A stretch of DNA of 64,000 nt. Source: Flavipsychrobacter sp. Its GTDB lineage: Bacteria > Bacteroidota > Bacteroidia > Chitinophagales > Chitinophagaceae. The translations under genes were made by a program, and so were the position numbers. The first letter of the stretch is position 1; every line of letters starts with the position of its first letter. The stretch covers positions 130,095 through 194,094 of the forward strand of contig JBGAIF010000007.1 of the NCBI GenBank assembly GCA_044225795.1, read 5' to 3'. A model generated the notes under the pieces. It saw only the letters and a list, made by a program, of their open reading frames with translations. It was not told the origin of the DNA and did not search any database. Below are positions 38,951 through 49,705 of this stretch, one piece after another.

Positions 38951-39694
38951 ATGAAAAAGGTATCATTGCTGCTTGCCTTTGTTATTTGTTCCTTAGCGCT
39001 GGTCGCGCAGGAAAAGAAGGCGTCTGTAAAAAATGACCTGCCCGATATAATGAAGAGCATACGCATGGTCACAGACGACCTGCCTCTTTTTAAACAGAAC
39101 TTTGCGGATCATTCAAAGGAAACAGATGTCAATTCCATCATCAATGACATTGAGAAATACCTGGACTCTTCCGCAAAAGCTAAAAAGTATGCCGACCAGT
39201 TACTTATCAGGAACTTCAACCCGCTCCGGCATTACTACCTTACTACTACCAATAAAACAAGCCTTGCTACCAGCTTTCTGTTCAGCAGCGCCCCATACCG
39301 CTTCTGCAATTACAGCGACTCCGGCATTGTACTCCACATCTTTGCGCTGAAGACCGGCGAAACTTACAACCTGGCAAAAGTGACAGAGCGGAAAGCGCTC
39401 CGGCTTGCAGCAGAGAATTGTCTCCTGCCTGCCTTAAAAGCCACCGACGAATTCAAGCAGGGCGATATACGATACATCGCGCTTAGTATATACTATGGAT
39501 GTAAAGACACCCGCGATGGCGCACCGGCTGTGCCCGTAGTGCCCTACTGCCTCACAATGATCTCCTCTATTACCGACCTGCAACAATTCGCTACCGGCAT
39601 GATCACCCCCAAAGGGTTGCTGGCATCTTCAGAACTATACCTTACCAGCGAAGAAGAGCCTGAACCACGAAACATCCGGATAAGTATAGACTAA
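38951..39694 (+). CDS. Exported hypothetical protein
   Basis: Signal ending LVA-Q; 247 aa. Confidence 0.7.
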   Translation: MKKVSLLLAFVICSLALVAQEKKASVKNDLPDIMKSIRMVTDDLPLFKQNFADHSKETDVNSIINDIEKYLDSSAKAKKYADQLLIRNFNPLRHYYLTTTNKTSLATSFLFSSAPYRFCNYSDSGIVLHIFALKTGETYNLAKVTERKALRLAAENCLLPALKATDEFKQGDIRYIALSIYYGCKDTRDGAPAVPVVPYCLTMISSITDLQQFATGMITPKGLLASSELYLTSEEEPEPRNIRISID

Positions 39695-39698
39695 CATC

Positions 39699-40883
39699 AT
39701 GGCCACAGACAATAAGATCAGCTCATTCATATCCGCTGTAGAGCAGGCGCTAAGTGACAACACCTTTGTATCCATATCCATGGGCAATTACAAAGGTGAC
39801 GAGCCCGGCCTGAAACAATTACTGGTAAAACAGGCGCTGATAAAACAGGAACGAAAGCTCAGCATTACCTTTCGGTATAAGACCCGGGACATTGTCAGGA
39901 ACTTTGTCATACCCGAAGGAATTGACGCTATTGCACAGCAACTGAATTCAGGTTTCCGTGTTGCCACACTCTTTACTACCTCATCAGACCTCATCTACGA
40001 ATACTTTAACGAAAAGAAGACCACGCTGCGGCAGACGGAGGCAACAAAAAAAGATGCTCCTGATCTTTCGCACGACAAAGCCAAACAGCGCCTTATCACT
40101 GCTCAAAACAAGTCATACCTGTTTGAACTGGGCATCACTGACAAAGACGGCAACGTATATAAGAACGCGCAGGACAAATACCGCCAGATAAATCACTACA
40201 TCGATCTGTTGAATCCCCTTATCAAAGAAATACCTGAAGCACATCTTCTGAAAGTAGCTGATATGGGAAGCGGCAAGGGGTATCTGACTTTCGCGCTATA
40301 CGATTACCTGGTGAATGTGCTCAAGCTCTCACCCGAGGTAACAGGTGTGGAGTACCGCGCTGATATGGTGAAGCTATGCAATGAAGTGGCTAAGAAGAGC
40401 AACTTCGGAAAGCTGAACTTTGTTGAAGGAACAATACAAGACTTCGACAGCACCGGCACCAACATACTCATAGCGCTCCATGCCTGCGATACGGCAACAG
40501 ATGATGCCATAGCGAAGGGGATTGCAGCCGGCTCAGACCTCATCGTTGTTGCACCATGCTGCCATAAACAGATACGGCGTGAGATAGAGAAGCACAAGGC
40601 TCATAACGACCTCAGCTTCCTTACGCGCCACGGTATATTCATGGAGCGTGAGGCAGAAATGGTCACAGACAGCATACGGGCGCTAATACTGGAATACTAT
40701 GGGTACAAAACGAAAGTTTTTGAATTCATCTCCGATGCACACACTCCAAAGAATGTAATGATAGCCGCCACAAAACAGGATCGCCCTGCAGATAAAGCAA
40801 CCATCTTAAAGAAGATAAACGACGCGAAAGCCTACTTCGGTATCAGCTACCACCACCTGGAGCGTACATTAGGTCTCAGTTGA
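39699..40883 (+). CDS. SAM-dependent methyltransferase
   Basis: KYRQINHY, VADMGSGKGYLTF, ALHACDTATDDAI, APCCHKQ, HTPKNVMI. Confidence 0.92.
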   Translation: MATDNKISSFISAVEQALSDNTFVSISMGNYKGDEPGLKQLLVKQALIKQERKLSITFRYKTRDIVRNFVIPEGIDAIAQQLNSGFRVATLFTTSSDLIYEYFNEKKTTLRQTEATKKDAPDLSHDKAKQRLITAQNKSYLFELGITDKDGNVYKNAQDKYRQINHYIDLLNPLIKEIPEAHLLKVADMGSGKGYLTFALYDYLVNVLKLSPEVTGVEYRADMVKLCNEVAKKSNFGKLNFVEGTIQDFDSTGTNILIALHACDTATDDAIAKGIAAGSDLIVVAPCCHKQIRREIEKHKAHNDLSFLTRHGIFMEREAEMVTDSIRALILEYYGYKTKVFEFISDAHTPKNVMIAATKQDRPADKATILKKINDAKAYFGISYHHLERTLGLS

Positions 40884-41253
40884 TCCGCCACGGAGGGTTC
40901 TTACGATTGTTACCCGCCTTGTAAAGAATAATGGTATTGCCATCCGGGTCTCTGAGACGCGCCTCACGCCAGAGCCAATCTTTGTCTGCCGGCAGCTCGT
41001 CAAAAGCGATTCCCTGCGCTTGCAGCCTTGCCACATCAGCATCAAGTTCGCTGCATTCAAAATATACGACGACACCCTCCCCTATTGGCGTTCTGTCTGT
41101 ATGATGAATAGAAAATGTAGCCTCCCCTTCCGGACACTCAAAGCGTGCGTAGCGGGGCAAGGCATCTACAATAAGCCTGAGCCCAAGCACTCTATAGAAT
41201 GGCACAGATACTTTCAGATCTCTTGATGGTATGGTAACCTGGTTGAGGTTCAT
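40876..41253 (-). CDS. VOC/glyoxalase-family protein
   Basis: LNQVTIP, FYRVLGL, VYFEC, WLWREARLRDPDGN. Confidence 0.92.
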   Translation of the reverse strand: MNLNQVTIPSRDLKVSVPFYRVLGLRLIVDALPRYARFECPEGEATFSIHHTDRTPIGEGVVVYFECSELDADVARLQAQGIAFDELPADKDWLWREARLRDPDGNTIILYKAGNNRKNPPWRIN

Positions 41254-41324
41254 TCATCAAAAATATATCGCTACCATCAAGCCGGTGAAATGCCCCCATC
41301 AATTTTAATTATCTTTGCGCCCTT

Positions 41325-42188
41325 ATGAAACGCCTGATACTGTTTACTGTCTTCACACTAACTTCTATGATTTCCCATAGCCAGGTACCCAATAGCGGAT
41401 TCGAGTACTGGGATTCATCGGCAGGCTATAAAGTTCCTGTGGATTGGGTGAACAACAATACGATGACAGCGCCCTCTTCAATGTTCACATGCGAGAGGGG
41501 CGCTCCCGGCTATTCAGGTGCCTATTATTTGTCGCTTACGGCCCGCAGCATTACCGGTATGGGCACTGTTGCCGGTCTGGCACGCTCAAGATTCCCTTTT
41601 AGTAGCCGCCCACAGATACTGGCTGGTTACTGGATGTACATGGCATTTGGCACCGATCAGGGTTTTATGTCCGTGATACTTACCAGGTGGAACAGCATCA
41701 ACAATAAAAATGATACAATTGCCAATACCTTTTATGCACTGCAGGATATGGTGATGCAATGGGAGACTTTTGGTCTACCCATCAACTATGTCAGCTCAGC
41801 AACACCAGATTCTGCAACCATCATACTATCAACAAGTGGCGCAACACTGGCACCGGCATATAACAACAGTTTTCTTTGGATAGATAACCTGATGCTTACT
41901 GACTCAGTTACACTCGGCCTGCTATCAACGCCCTTACCCTACACGGCTCACATATACCCCAACCCGGCACATTCCATTGTTCATATCAGCTACAGTAGCC
42001 CGTTGCCTGATCAATTAACGATCACTCTTACGGACATGAATGGAAAGACAACACAGATGAAAAGTAGCTATCTGCCGTATAGCAACGATGACCTGGTACT
42101 CGAATTGCAGAACCTGAGTCCCGGAATTTACACAGTAAATATTTGCAGTCGCCAGGGCAACGAGAGAAGGAAATTATTGATACAATAA
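41325..42188 (+). CDS. Small T9SS-secreted protein (carbohydrate-binding-like domain plus CTD)
   Basis: QVPNSGFEYW, LWIDNL, CTD IYPNPA..LSPGIYTV..RKLLIQ; TATCTTTG promoter motif at 41310. Confidence 0.85.
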   Translation: MKRLILFTVFTLTSMISHSQVPNSGFEYWDSSAGYKVPVDWVNNNTMTAPSSMFTCERGAPGYSGAYYLSLTARSITGMGTVAGLARSRFPFSSRPQILAGYWMYMAFGTDQGFMSVILTRWNSINNKNDTIANTFYALQDMVMQWETFGLPINYVSSATPDSATIILSTSGATLAPAYNNSFLWIDNLMLTDSVTLGLLSTPLPYTAHIYPNPAHSIVHISYSSPLPDQLTITLTDMNGKTTQMKSSYLPYSNDDLVLELQNLSPGIYTVNICSRQGNERRKLLIQ

Positions 42189-42193
42189 CGACA

Positions 42194-43618
42194 TCAGCAC
42201 TCGCTGAGGCTTATCGGTAGTTGAACAGCAAGTCCCCCTTCGGCTGTTTCCTTATACTTATGGTTCATATCAAGGGCGGTATTCCACATGGTATTGACCA
42301 CCGTATCCAGTGATATGAGCGCATGTTCGTGGTTGCTCTGCAATGCCAGTTGGCAGGCCGTTATGGCCTTGATAGCGCCCATAGTATTGCGCTCTATGCA
42401 GGGCACCTGCACCAGCCCGCCTACAGGATCGCATGTGAGGCCGAGGTGATGCTCCATCGCTATCTCTGCAGCCATAAGACACTGTTCCACAGTACCGCCC
42501 AGCGCCTCTGCCAGCGCGGCCGCCGCCATCGACGATGATACACCTATCTCTGCCTGGCAGCCACCCATGGCAGCAGACAGTGTCGCCCCTTTCTTAAATA
42601 TGCTGCCGATCTCTGATGCGGTCAGCAGAAAATCAATGATCTTCTGATCTTCATGGCCATCGCAGAAAACAATATAGTATAAAAGCACTGCGGGCACCAC
42701 TCCGGCTGCTCCGTTGGTAGGCGCTGTCACCACGCGTCCGAAAGCAGCGTTCTCTTCATTCACTGCCAGTGCAAAACAGCTCACCCAATCCAATGTGTAT
42801 TTGAATGACTGGCCGCCACTGCGTATCACCTGCACCCATTCGTCAAAGTTGTTATAGGGCTTGCCTTCTGTGAGCTTCTTATTGAGCTCCGGCGCCCTGC
42901 GCGATACCTGCAGCCCGCCCGGCAACTCGCCGCCTATATGCACACCACGATATATACAATCGCGCATGGTGTACCATATATTCAATACTCCCTTGTTGGT
43001 ATCAGCTATGCTGCGCCATGTCTTCTCATTCTCCATCACCACCCCCGATATGCTGAGCCCTGTCTTTTCGCAGGCCGCCTGCAGCCACTCGGCCTTTTCT
43101 ATAGGATAGGGCAGATGTACAAAATTGCCGCTGCTGCCCTCTTCTCCTTCCTTCACCACAAAGCCGCCGCCCACGGAATAATAGGTCTCCGCTATCTCGT
43201 CGCCACCGGCAAATGAGCACAGGAATGTGACCGCATTGGGATGGAACGGGAGGCTCTCATCAAACAGGAACACCAGGTCTGCAGCCGGATCGAAAGGTAT
43301 CTCCCGGCAACCGCCTATGTTTATCTTCTTATGCTCTGATATGAACTCCACGCGTGGCGTCACCTGGTTCACATCAAATGTTACCGGGTCTTCACCGCAA
43401 AGACCCAGCAGAACGGCCACATCTGTTCCGTGTCCCTTACCGGTCTTGGCGAGTGAGCCATATAATAATACACGAACGGACAGGAGCTTATCTGCTCCCC
43501 TGCTCTTGATCGTATCTACAAAACGAAGTGCCGCACGCCAGGGGCCAAGGGTATGTGAACTGCTGGGGCCTATTCCAATCTTAAAAATGTCAAATACCGA
43601 AATACTTTCTCTGCTCAA
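42194..43618 (-). CDS. sdaA: L-serine ammonia-lyase (Fe-S)
   Basis: [80 protein letters not shown]. Confidence 0.97.
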   Translation of the reverse strand: MSRESISVFDIFKIGIGPSSSHTLGPWRAALRFVDTIKSRGADKLLSVRVLLYGSLAKTGKGHGTDVAVLLGLCGEDPVTFDVNQVTPRVEFISEHKKINIGGCREIPFDPAADLVFLFDESLPFHPNAVTFLCSFAGGDEIAETYYSVGGGFVVKEGEEGSSGNFVHLPYPIEKAEWLQAACEKTGLSISGVVMENEKTWRSIADTNKGVLNIWYTMRDCIYRGVHIGGELPGGLQVSRRAPELNKKLTEGKPYNNFDEWVQVIRSGGQSFKYTLDWVSCFALAVNEENAAFGRVVTAPTNGAAGVVPAVLLYYIVFCDGHEDQKIIDFLLTASEIGSIFKKGATLSAAMGGCQAEIGVSSSMAAAALAEALGGTVEQCLMAAEIAMEHHLGLTCDPVGGLVQVPCIERNTMGAIKAITACQLALQSNHEHALISLDTVVNTMWNTALDMNHKYKETAEGGLAVQLPISLSEC

Positions 43619-43753
43619 GGTCTCTAAATTAAAAAGGGGGTAGTTGTAAAACCCCGCAAATATACCTTGTATTACTGTAATAAAGTGTCAAAAAAACGGG
43701 CGGAAGATACAGGCCGCCACACCTTGCGGCAGCCCGTATCTCAGCTAACTACC

Positions 43754-44308
43754 TTATGGCATCAACACTTTGTCTATTACATGTATCACGCCGTTCTTCT
43801 GGTACACGTCCTTAATGGTCACCTGTGCCTTGCCGCCCTTGCTGTCCATCACCCACAGGGCCTTGCCCTTCTGCATCAGTGTCAGCTCTTCGCCCTGCAC
43901 GGTCTTGAGCATGGCCTTGCCCATACCCATCTTCAGCTTGTCCATGAGCGCCTTTGAATCGAGGTTGCCGGGTACTACGTGGTAAGTGAGCACCGCCGTA
44001 AGAGTTCCCTTGTTCTCCGGTTTCAGGAGGTTATCTACTGTACCCGCGGGCAGCTTGCTGAATGCTTCATTCACCGGTGCAAATACGGTGAACGGGCCTG
44101 CGCCGGACAACGTTTCTACAAGGCCGGCCGCTTTTACCGCCGCTACCAGCGTAGTGTGGTCTTTAGAGTTCATAGCGTTCTCTACAATGTTCTTCGTAGG
44201 GTACATGGCGGCGCCACCTACCATTACGGTCTTCTGCGCATAAGCTGTGGTAAAGTTGCCACTGATGAATGCTGCTGCGAATACGGGGATCAAAAGAATG
44301 CGTTTCAT
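43754..44308 (-). CDS. Fasciclin-domain protein
   Basis: HTTLVAAVKAAGLVETL, GPFTVFAP, LTYHVVPG, NGVIHVIDKVLMP. Confidence 0.96.
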   Translation of the reverse strand: MKRILLIPVFAAAFISGNFTTAYAQKTVMVGGAAMYPTKNIVENAMNSKDHTTLVAAVKAAGLVETLSGAGPFTVFAPVNEAFSKLPAGTVDNLLKPENKGTLTAVLTYHVVPGNLDSKALMDKLKMGMGKAMLKTVQGEELTLMQKGKALWVMDSKGGKAQVTIKDVYQKNGVIHVIDKVLMP

Positions 44309-44697
44309 ACTTCTTGCTTTTAGTTGGTTTTGAAAATCGTTTTACAGATACATCTACGTGAGGTTCTCTGAAACGGTTTTCGCGGAGCAAAAAAAAAATG
44401 AAACGGCCACCCGGCCATGCCCTGAAATAAATAGTCCCCGCATGCGCGGGGAACTACTTGTTGCCTGGTTTACGAGCAATATGTTGTTGAAAGGGAAATG
44501 ATCGTATTGACGGTGCAATATACCTATGACGGGGGCCATAATGTTCAAAATGTTTACTATCGGTCGAAAAAGTTTATTATCGGCAAAACGGGTATTGCTC
44601 ACTCTGCTATTGACAACCAGCCACTTATTTGCTTTGAGCAACTTCAGGTTAATAAATTCATGCATATAATTTGTATCTTTAGCGTAACATACCATCC

Positions 44698-45336
44698 ATG
44701 AACAGAGACCTCATCTCCTATTACCGCGACAGGGCCGGGGAATATGATAAGCTATATGAAAAGCCTGAACGCCAGGCCGACCTGGCCACCATCACCACAA
44801 AGCTGCAAGACCTGTTTGCCGGACAGAACATCATGGAGATAGCCTGCGGCACCGGGTACTGGACAGAACGCATTGCCAAAACAGCCGCATCGGTATTTGC
44901 CACAGACATCAACGATACCATGCTGGCCATTGCGCAGGCCCGGCAACTGAGCAATGTGAGCTTCCGCAATGCCGACCTCTTTCACCTGCACTCGCTGAAA
45001 AAGTATGCAGGCATCTTCGGTGGTTTCATTCTCAGCCATATCACACGGCAGGATATGTCGCGGTTTCTGCAGGTGGTGAACAGCCAGGTGCAGCCGGGGG
45101 GCATTGTGGTGCTGATAGACAATGTCTTCAACGAGAAGAGCAGTACGCCTATAGCGGAAACGGACATCAGCGGGAACACTTACCAGAAGCGTGTGCTGGA
45201 CAATGGCGCTGAATACCTCATTCTCAAGAACTTTCATGCGCCGGCTTACCTGCAGCAGCACCTGATGGGTGTGGCTACGCAGGTGCGCATTACGACGCTG
45301 GAGTATTACTTCATCTTGTCTTATAAGACGGCGTAG
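44698..45336 (+). CDS. Class I SAM-dependent methyltransferase
   Basis: YYRDRAGEYD, MEIACGTGYWT, ATDIN, FILSHI. Confidence 0.92.
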   Translation: MNRDLISYYRDRAGEYDKLYEKPERQADLATITTKLQDLFAGQNIMEIACGTGYWTERIAKTAASVFATDINDTMLAIAQARQLSNVSFRNADLFHLHSLKKYAGIFGGFILSHITRQDMSRFLQVVNSQVQPGGIVVLIDNVFNEKSSTPIAETDISGNTYQKRVLDNGAEYLILKNFHAPAYLQQHLMGVATQVRITTLEYYFILSYKTA

Positions 45337-45349
45337 TTGTCTTATGATC

Positions 45350-45376
45350 TGTCGTTCTGAGCCGTGCGAAGAATCT
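45350..45376 (+). repeat. Solitary degenerate REP-like element (GTCATTCTGAGC..GCGAAGAATCT type)
   Basis: TGTCGTTCTGAGCCGTGCGAAGAATCT; single copy in the window; family assignment from memory. Confidence 0.45.
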
Positions 45377-45481
45377 TGTGATCGCGATGGAAAAGCTGAA
45401 TAGCTATATGGCTATCCAAGCTGTAGCGGATCAATAAAATCCCTCATAGCATTAATTCTTTTTGTATATTGTAACATATTG

Positions 45482-48400
45482 ATGCAAAGTGCTCGACTAA
45501 TTACGCAACTAGACCTAAATAACTGGGCAAAAACCTTTGACTCAAAAGGGCATCTCCCTCATTTAGTAAGCAGATTAGTATCAGCAACAACGCCCACTTC
45601 TACATTATATGAATTTCCTAGCGATAGCTCTGTTTTTATGGAAGGGTGGGATGGGATTGTGAAATGTAAAAGTGATTCAGGTATAGTGCCTATGGGCATC
45701 TCGCTTTGGGAATTTGGAACAGAAGACAACCCTAAAGGTAAGGCCGATCGCGACTACGGGAAAAGAACTAAGAACGCGCTGGGATATAATCCAAATGAAT
45801 GTACATTCATTTTTTTAACGCTCCGAAGTTGGAAATTCAAAGAAAAATGGAGGCAATCAAAATTACAAGAAGGATTTTGGCATGACGTTCGAGTTTACGA
45901 TGCTACAAATATTGCAGATTGGCTAGATTTGGCCCCTGCTGTTTCTCGATGGCTCTCCATTTTTATTAGGAGCTACCCTTCCGATGGACTACTGTCTGTT
46001 GATAGATTTTGGAAAGAGTGGTCAAATGGTCCAAACATGATTCTAAGCCCAGGTGTTATCACCAGTGGAAGAGAGTTTCAAACACAGCAATTGCAAGAAT
46101 TTCTATCCAACGAACCTGCTATCAAAGCGGTGAGAGCTTTTTCAAAAGACGAGGCAATTGCTTTCATTATTGCCAGCGCGATGCAGTTTGACAGTAAATT
46201 GCATTTAAACTTCTTTTCCAGAAGTTTGATTGTAGACACTGCCCCGAGTTTTAGAAGTATTAGCATAAACAAAAATGGGCTTATTCTCATATCAAGAGTG
46301 GAGGAAACTAATATACTATATGCTGGGGTATCAGATGGGCATCATATCCTTGTACCACTTGGACCTGATGACAATTTCAATCAAGACACAATTGACTTGC
46401 CACAAATTGAACGTGAAGGACAAATAAAATCTTTAATTGATTCCGGAATGTCAGAGGATGATGCAACAAGATACTCCAAGGAGTCGGCAAGGAACGTTAC
46501 AGTATTAAAACGACTTCTCAAATTCTCTCAAGATAAAATAGAATCAATTTCTTCTGAGGAAATAAAACAAATTATACCTGCCATCTTAATTGGAAGATGG
46601 GACGAAAATAAAGTTGGAGACAGAAATTTAATAGAAAAGTTGTCGGGGCAACCATATAACGATTACATTTCTTCACTCGTAGCATTCAAAGACTTTGAAC
46701 TTTCTCCAATAATACAAATTGGTAGTACTTGGCGGTTGGTATCACCAATGGATGCATGGACAAATTTGGCTGCCTATATTCCAAAAAAAAATCTAGAATT
46801 ACTTAAAGAAGTTTTTTTAGAAGCATTCGAAAATGGCAACCCAATCATCGAGCCGCCTAAAGATGCTCCAATATTTGCCTTTTTAAACAAGGAAACCAAA
46901 TATTCTAATTGGGCAAGAGAAGGACTAGTTCAGTCTTTAATTCTTATAAGCATATTTGGAGAAAGCTTCAAAATGCAAAATATTGGATCTCCACAAATCT
47001 GGGTAGACACCGTAATAGCATCACTGCTTAATAAGGTGGATAGTAGACTATGGATATCATTGAATAATGAATTACCATTAATTGCAGAGGCTTCCCCCAC
47101 TAGTTTCTTTGATGCATGTACTCGTTCTCTTGCTTTAGCTGAAAAGCCAATTATGGCCATGTTTGTAGAGAAGCAAGGTTTTTTAACAACAATTAGCAAT
47201 CATTCGGGATTGTTGTGGGCATTAGAAGGCTTGGCCTGGGAGCCTGAGTATTTACTTAACTCTAGTTTAATACTGAGTCAACTTGCGTCGCAAGATCCGG
47301 GTGGTAAAATCGGGAATAGACCTATAAATAGCTTGTTAGAAATATTTAAGCCCTGGCACTACCAAACGTTTGCCAATTTAGAAGAAAGATTGGCGGCATT
47401 GAAATACATCTCAAAAGAAGAAAAAGATGTTGCGTGGGATTTACTTTTGAAAATGTTACCACATGGTAATGAAGTAGCATTTGGAACGCACAAGATGCGA
47501 TGGAGAATGTTCAACAAAAACTTTACTAAACAATATACTGTCCGCGAAATATTACACACACACACTGCAATTATTGAAATACTAGTTTCATCATTTGACT
47601 ATTCAGAAGATAAATTTTCGCAAATACTAAGAAAATCCGTTCACTTACGTCCGCAAGACCGTCGAAAAGTGCTCGATTTTGCGGAAACGGAGTATCACAA
47701 GGTTGTTCAAGTAAAATACACTGCTTGGCACACATTAAGAGATATCATTTCATTCCAGAGATCATTTCCAAATTCAGAAATAAGTTTGCTTGATGAAGAA
47801 TTGACTCGATATGCAATCCTATATAATGACCTAACACCGACAAATGAAATCGACAAATACATTTGGTTATTTAATGAGTCATACCCACGACTACCGGAGG
47901 GTTACGTAGAAGATAAAAATCTAAATTTCGAGCAAAAACAGAACGCTAGAAATAGGATTCTTGAAGAGCAAAGAACCTTGGGACTAAAGAAAATCCTGAA
48001 CCTCAGTAACTTAAAAGAACTAGTAGAGCTTGCAGAAATCGTGAAAGTACCAAGTACCATCGGTAGTACATTAGCGCACTTGGTCTGCGATGCAAATGAT
48101 CTTTTTTTTTTAATGGAATTGCTGAAATCTAAAGGAAACAAACTGATTGTTGTTCAATCATTTATTACATCAAAGTTCTTCATTAAAGGTTTAGAGTGGA
48201 TTTTATCCCTTTATGAACAAATAGTTGCCAGTAATTTTCATAACGAAGCGCTAAGCAATTTCCTTACTTCACTTCCGTTAACGGAGGAATTGTTTGTTTT
48301 TATTGAGAAAAAAAATAAAGAAATCATAAAAGAGTATTGGGAGCGTGTGAATCCAAATTTTTTTGGATTGAAGAGTGAACTAAAGATTATGGGCATCAAA

Positions 48401-49279
48401 CATCTCATTGATTGCAAAAGATTCTTTAGTGCAATTGAAATGGTATCCCTTTGGCGTGACGAAATCCCAACAAGTTTAATTGTTGAGCTGCTTACACTAA
48501 CTGCGACTCAAGGCGCTAGTGAACCAATAAATTTTGACAATTATACCATCGGCAACCTCTTCGAAACAATTGACGATAGGAATGATGTCGAACATGATAA
48601 GCTAATTCAATTAGAATGGCTTTTTCTACCAATTCTGGCCTCTTACGGATCAATGCGAAATCCTAAGGTTTTGCACGATGAGTTAGCAAATAACCCCATA
48701 TTTTTTGTTGATGTTTTAAAATTTTTATACCTCCCCAAAAACAGGAAGTTGCTCGAAAAAGAACGAATGGGGCTATCCAGTGAAATAATTAAAAACAGAA
48801 GTGAACAAGCCTTCCATTTGCTCAATACATGGAAGACCATTCCAGGAATGAATGAAGGGGGCTCAATTGATTATGAAAAATTATCCTCTTGGATAACGGA
48901 TGTTCGAAACTTAGCAAGTGAATCAGACAGATTGGACCCCGCAGATATTCAAATCGGCAAAATGCTTGCTCACTATCCAGAAAAGGAGGAAGTTTGGCCA
49001 TCAGATGAAATAGCAACCATTATTGAATCAATAAACACTGATAGCTTGAAGCAAAACTATAGGTCGGAATTATTTAACAAGAGAGGTTCTTCTACAAGAG
49101 CAATGGACGCAGGTGGCACTATAGAAAGAGAACACGCTAAGTACTTCGAAAAACTAGCTTCAGCACACAAATACACCCACCCAATTATCTCAAATATTTT
49201 CAAAACCTTAGCCAAAGGTTATATGTCAGATGCGAAACGACAAGATGAAGACGCAGCACGTAACCGATTGGAATATTAG
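45482..49279 (+). CDS. Low-GC 1265-aa protein, putative nuclease-fold + degenerate NTPase + helical domains (candidate defence gene)
   Basis: Intact ORF; sampled lines 28-37% GC versus roughly 50% in flanking genes; GWDG..WEFG N-terminal motif; see findings. Confidence 0.6.
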   Translation: MQSARLITQLDLNNWAKTFDSKGHLPHLVSRLVSATTPTSTLYEFPSDSSVFMEGWDGIVKCKSDSGIVPMGISLWEFGTEDNPKGKADRDYGKRTKNALGYNPNECTFIFLTLRSWKFKEKWRQSKLQEGFWHDVRVYDATNIADWLDLAPAVSRWLSIFIRSYPSDGLLSVDRFWKEWSNGPNMILSPGVITSGREFQTQQLQEFLSNEPAIKAVRAFSKDEAIAFIIASAMQFDSKLHLNFFSRSLIVDTAPSFRSISINKNGLILISRVEETNILYAGVSDGHHILVPLGPDDNFNQDTIDLPQIEREGQIKSLIDSGMSEDDATRYSKESARNVTVLKRLLKFSQDKIESISSEEIKQIIPAILIGRWDENKVGDRNLIEKLSGQPYNDYISSLVAFKDFELSPIIQIGSTWRLVSPMDAWTNLAAYIPKKNLELLKEVFLEAFENGNPIIEPPKDAPIFAFLNKETKYSNWAREGLVQSLILISIFGESFKMQNIGSPQIWVDTVIASLLNKVDSRLWISLNNELPLIAEASPTSFFDACTRSLALAEKPIMAMFVEKQGFLTTISNHSGLLWALEGLAWEPEYLLNSSLILSQLASQDPGGKIGNRPINSLLEIFKPWHYQTFANLEERLAALKYISKEEKDVAWDLLLKMLPHGNEVAFGTHKMRWRMFNKNFTKQYTVREILHTHTAIIEILVSSFDYSEDKFSQILRKSVHLRPQDRRKVLDFAETEYHKVVQVKYTAWHTLRDIISFQRSFPNSEISLLDEELTRYAILYNDLTPTNEIDKYIWLFNESYPRLPEGYVEDKNLNFEQKQNARNRILEEQRTLGLKKILNLSNLKELVELAEIVKVPSTIGSTLAHLVCDANDLFFLMELLKSKGNKLIVVQSFITSKFFIKGLEWILSLYEQIVASNFHNEALSNFLTSLPLTEELFVFIEKKNKEIIKEYWERVNPNFFGLKSELKIMGIKHLIDCKRFFSAIEMVSLWRDEIPTSLIVELLTLTATQGASEPINFDNYTIGNLFETIDDRNDVEHDKLIQLEWLFLPILASYGSMRNPKVLHDELANNPIFFVDVLKFLYLPKNRKLLEKERMGLSSEIIKNRSEQAFHLLNTWKTIPGMNEGGSIDYEKLSSWITDVRNLASESDRLDPADIQIGKMLAHYPEKEEVWPSDEIATIIESINTDSLKQNYRSELFNKRGSSTRAMDAGGTIEREHAKYFEKLASAHKYTHPIISNIFKTLAKGYMSDAKRQDEDAARNRLEY

Positions 49280-49415
49280 AAGCTGTCTTTTTGAGATAAA
49301 ATGAAACTCTTCAAATTTGGCATACTTCTTGCTGCATCATAAGTGCCCCTAAACTGTTGTCAGTTTAGGCAGATGACATGAAAAATGTTACATTTTACGT
49401 AACATTTAGCGAGCA

Positions 49416-49705
49416 GCAGAAATCAGGCAACTTTAGGCAGAAATTGAGCAATTTCACACACCATTTCTGCACACATTGAGGTTGATTATCAATGGGTTTT
49501 ACTCAAAATCGTACACTTTCCTGTGAAAAAGAAAATTGTACACTTTTAAGCAGGTGATATGCAAAAGGGCTGAACGCGCAGAAACTGGCAATAATGGGCA
49601 GAAATTGAGCAATTTCGTACACCATTTCTGCACACATTGATGTTGATTATCAATGAATTTTGCTCAAAATCGTACACTTTCCAGTGAAAAAAAAGAAATT
49701 GTACA
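49416..49705 (+). repeat. Tandem ~127-bp imperfect duplication with internal palindromes
   Basis: 49416-49542 versus 49578-49705; core 49436-49542 about 90% identical. Confidence 0.92.

Noticed and set aside
44435-44454. Reverse complement GTTCCCCGCGCATGCGGGGA resembles a type I-E CRISPR repeat core
   Set aside because: Single copy, no spacers or cas genes; better explained as a terminator-like hairpin.
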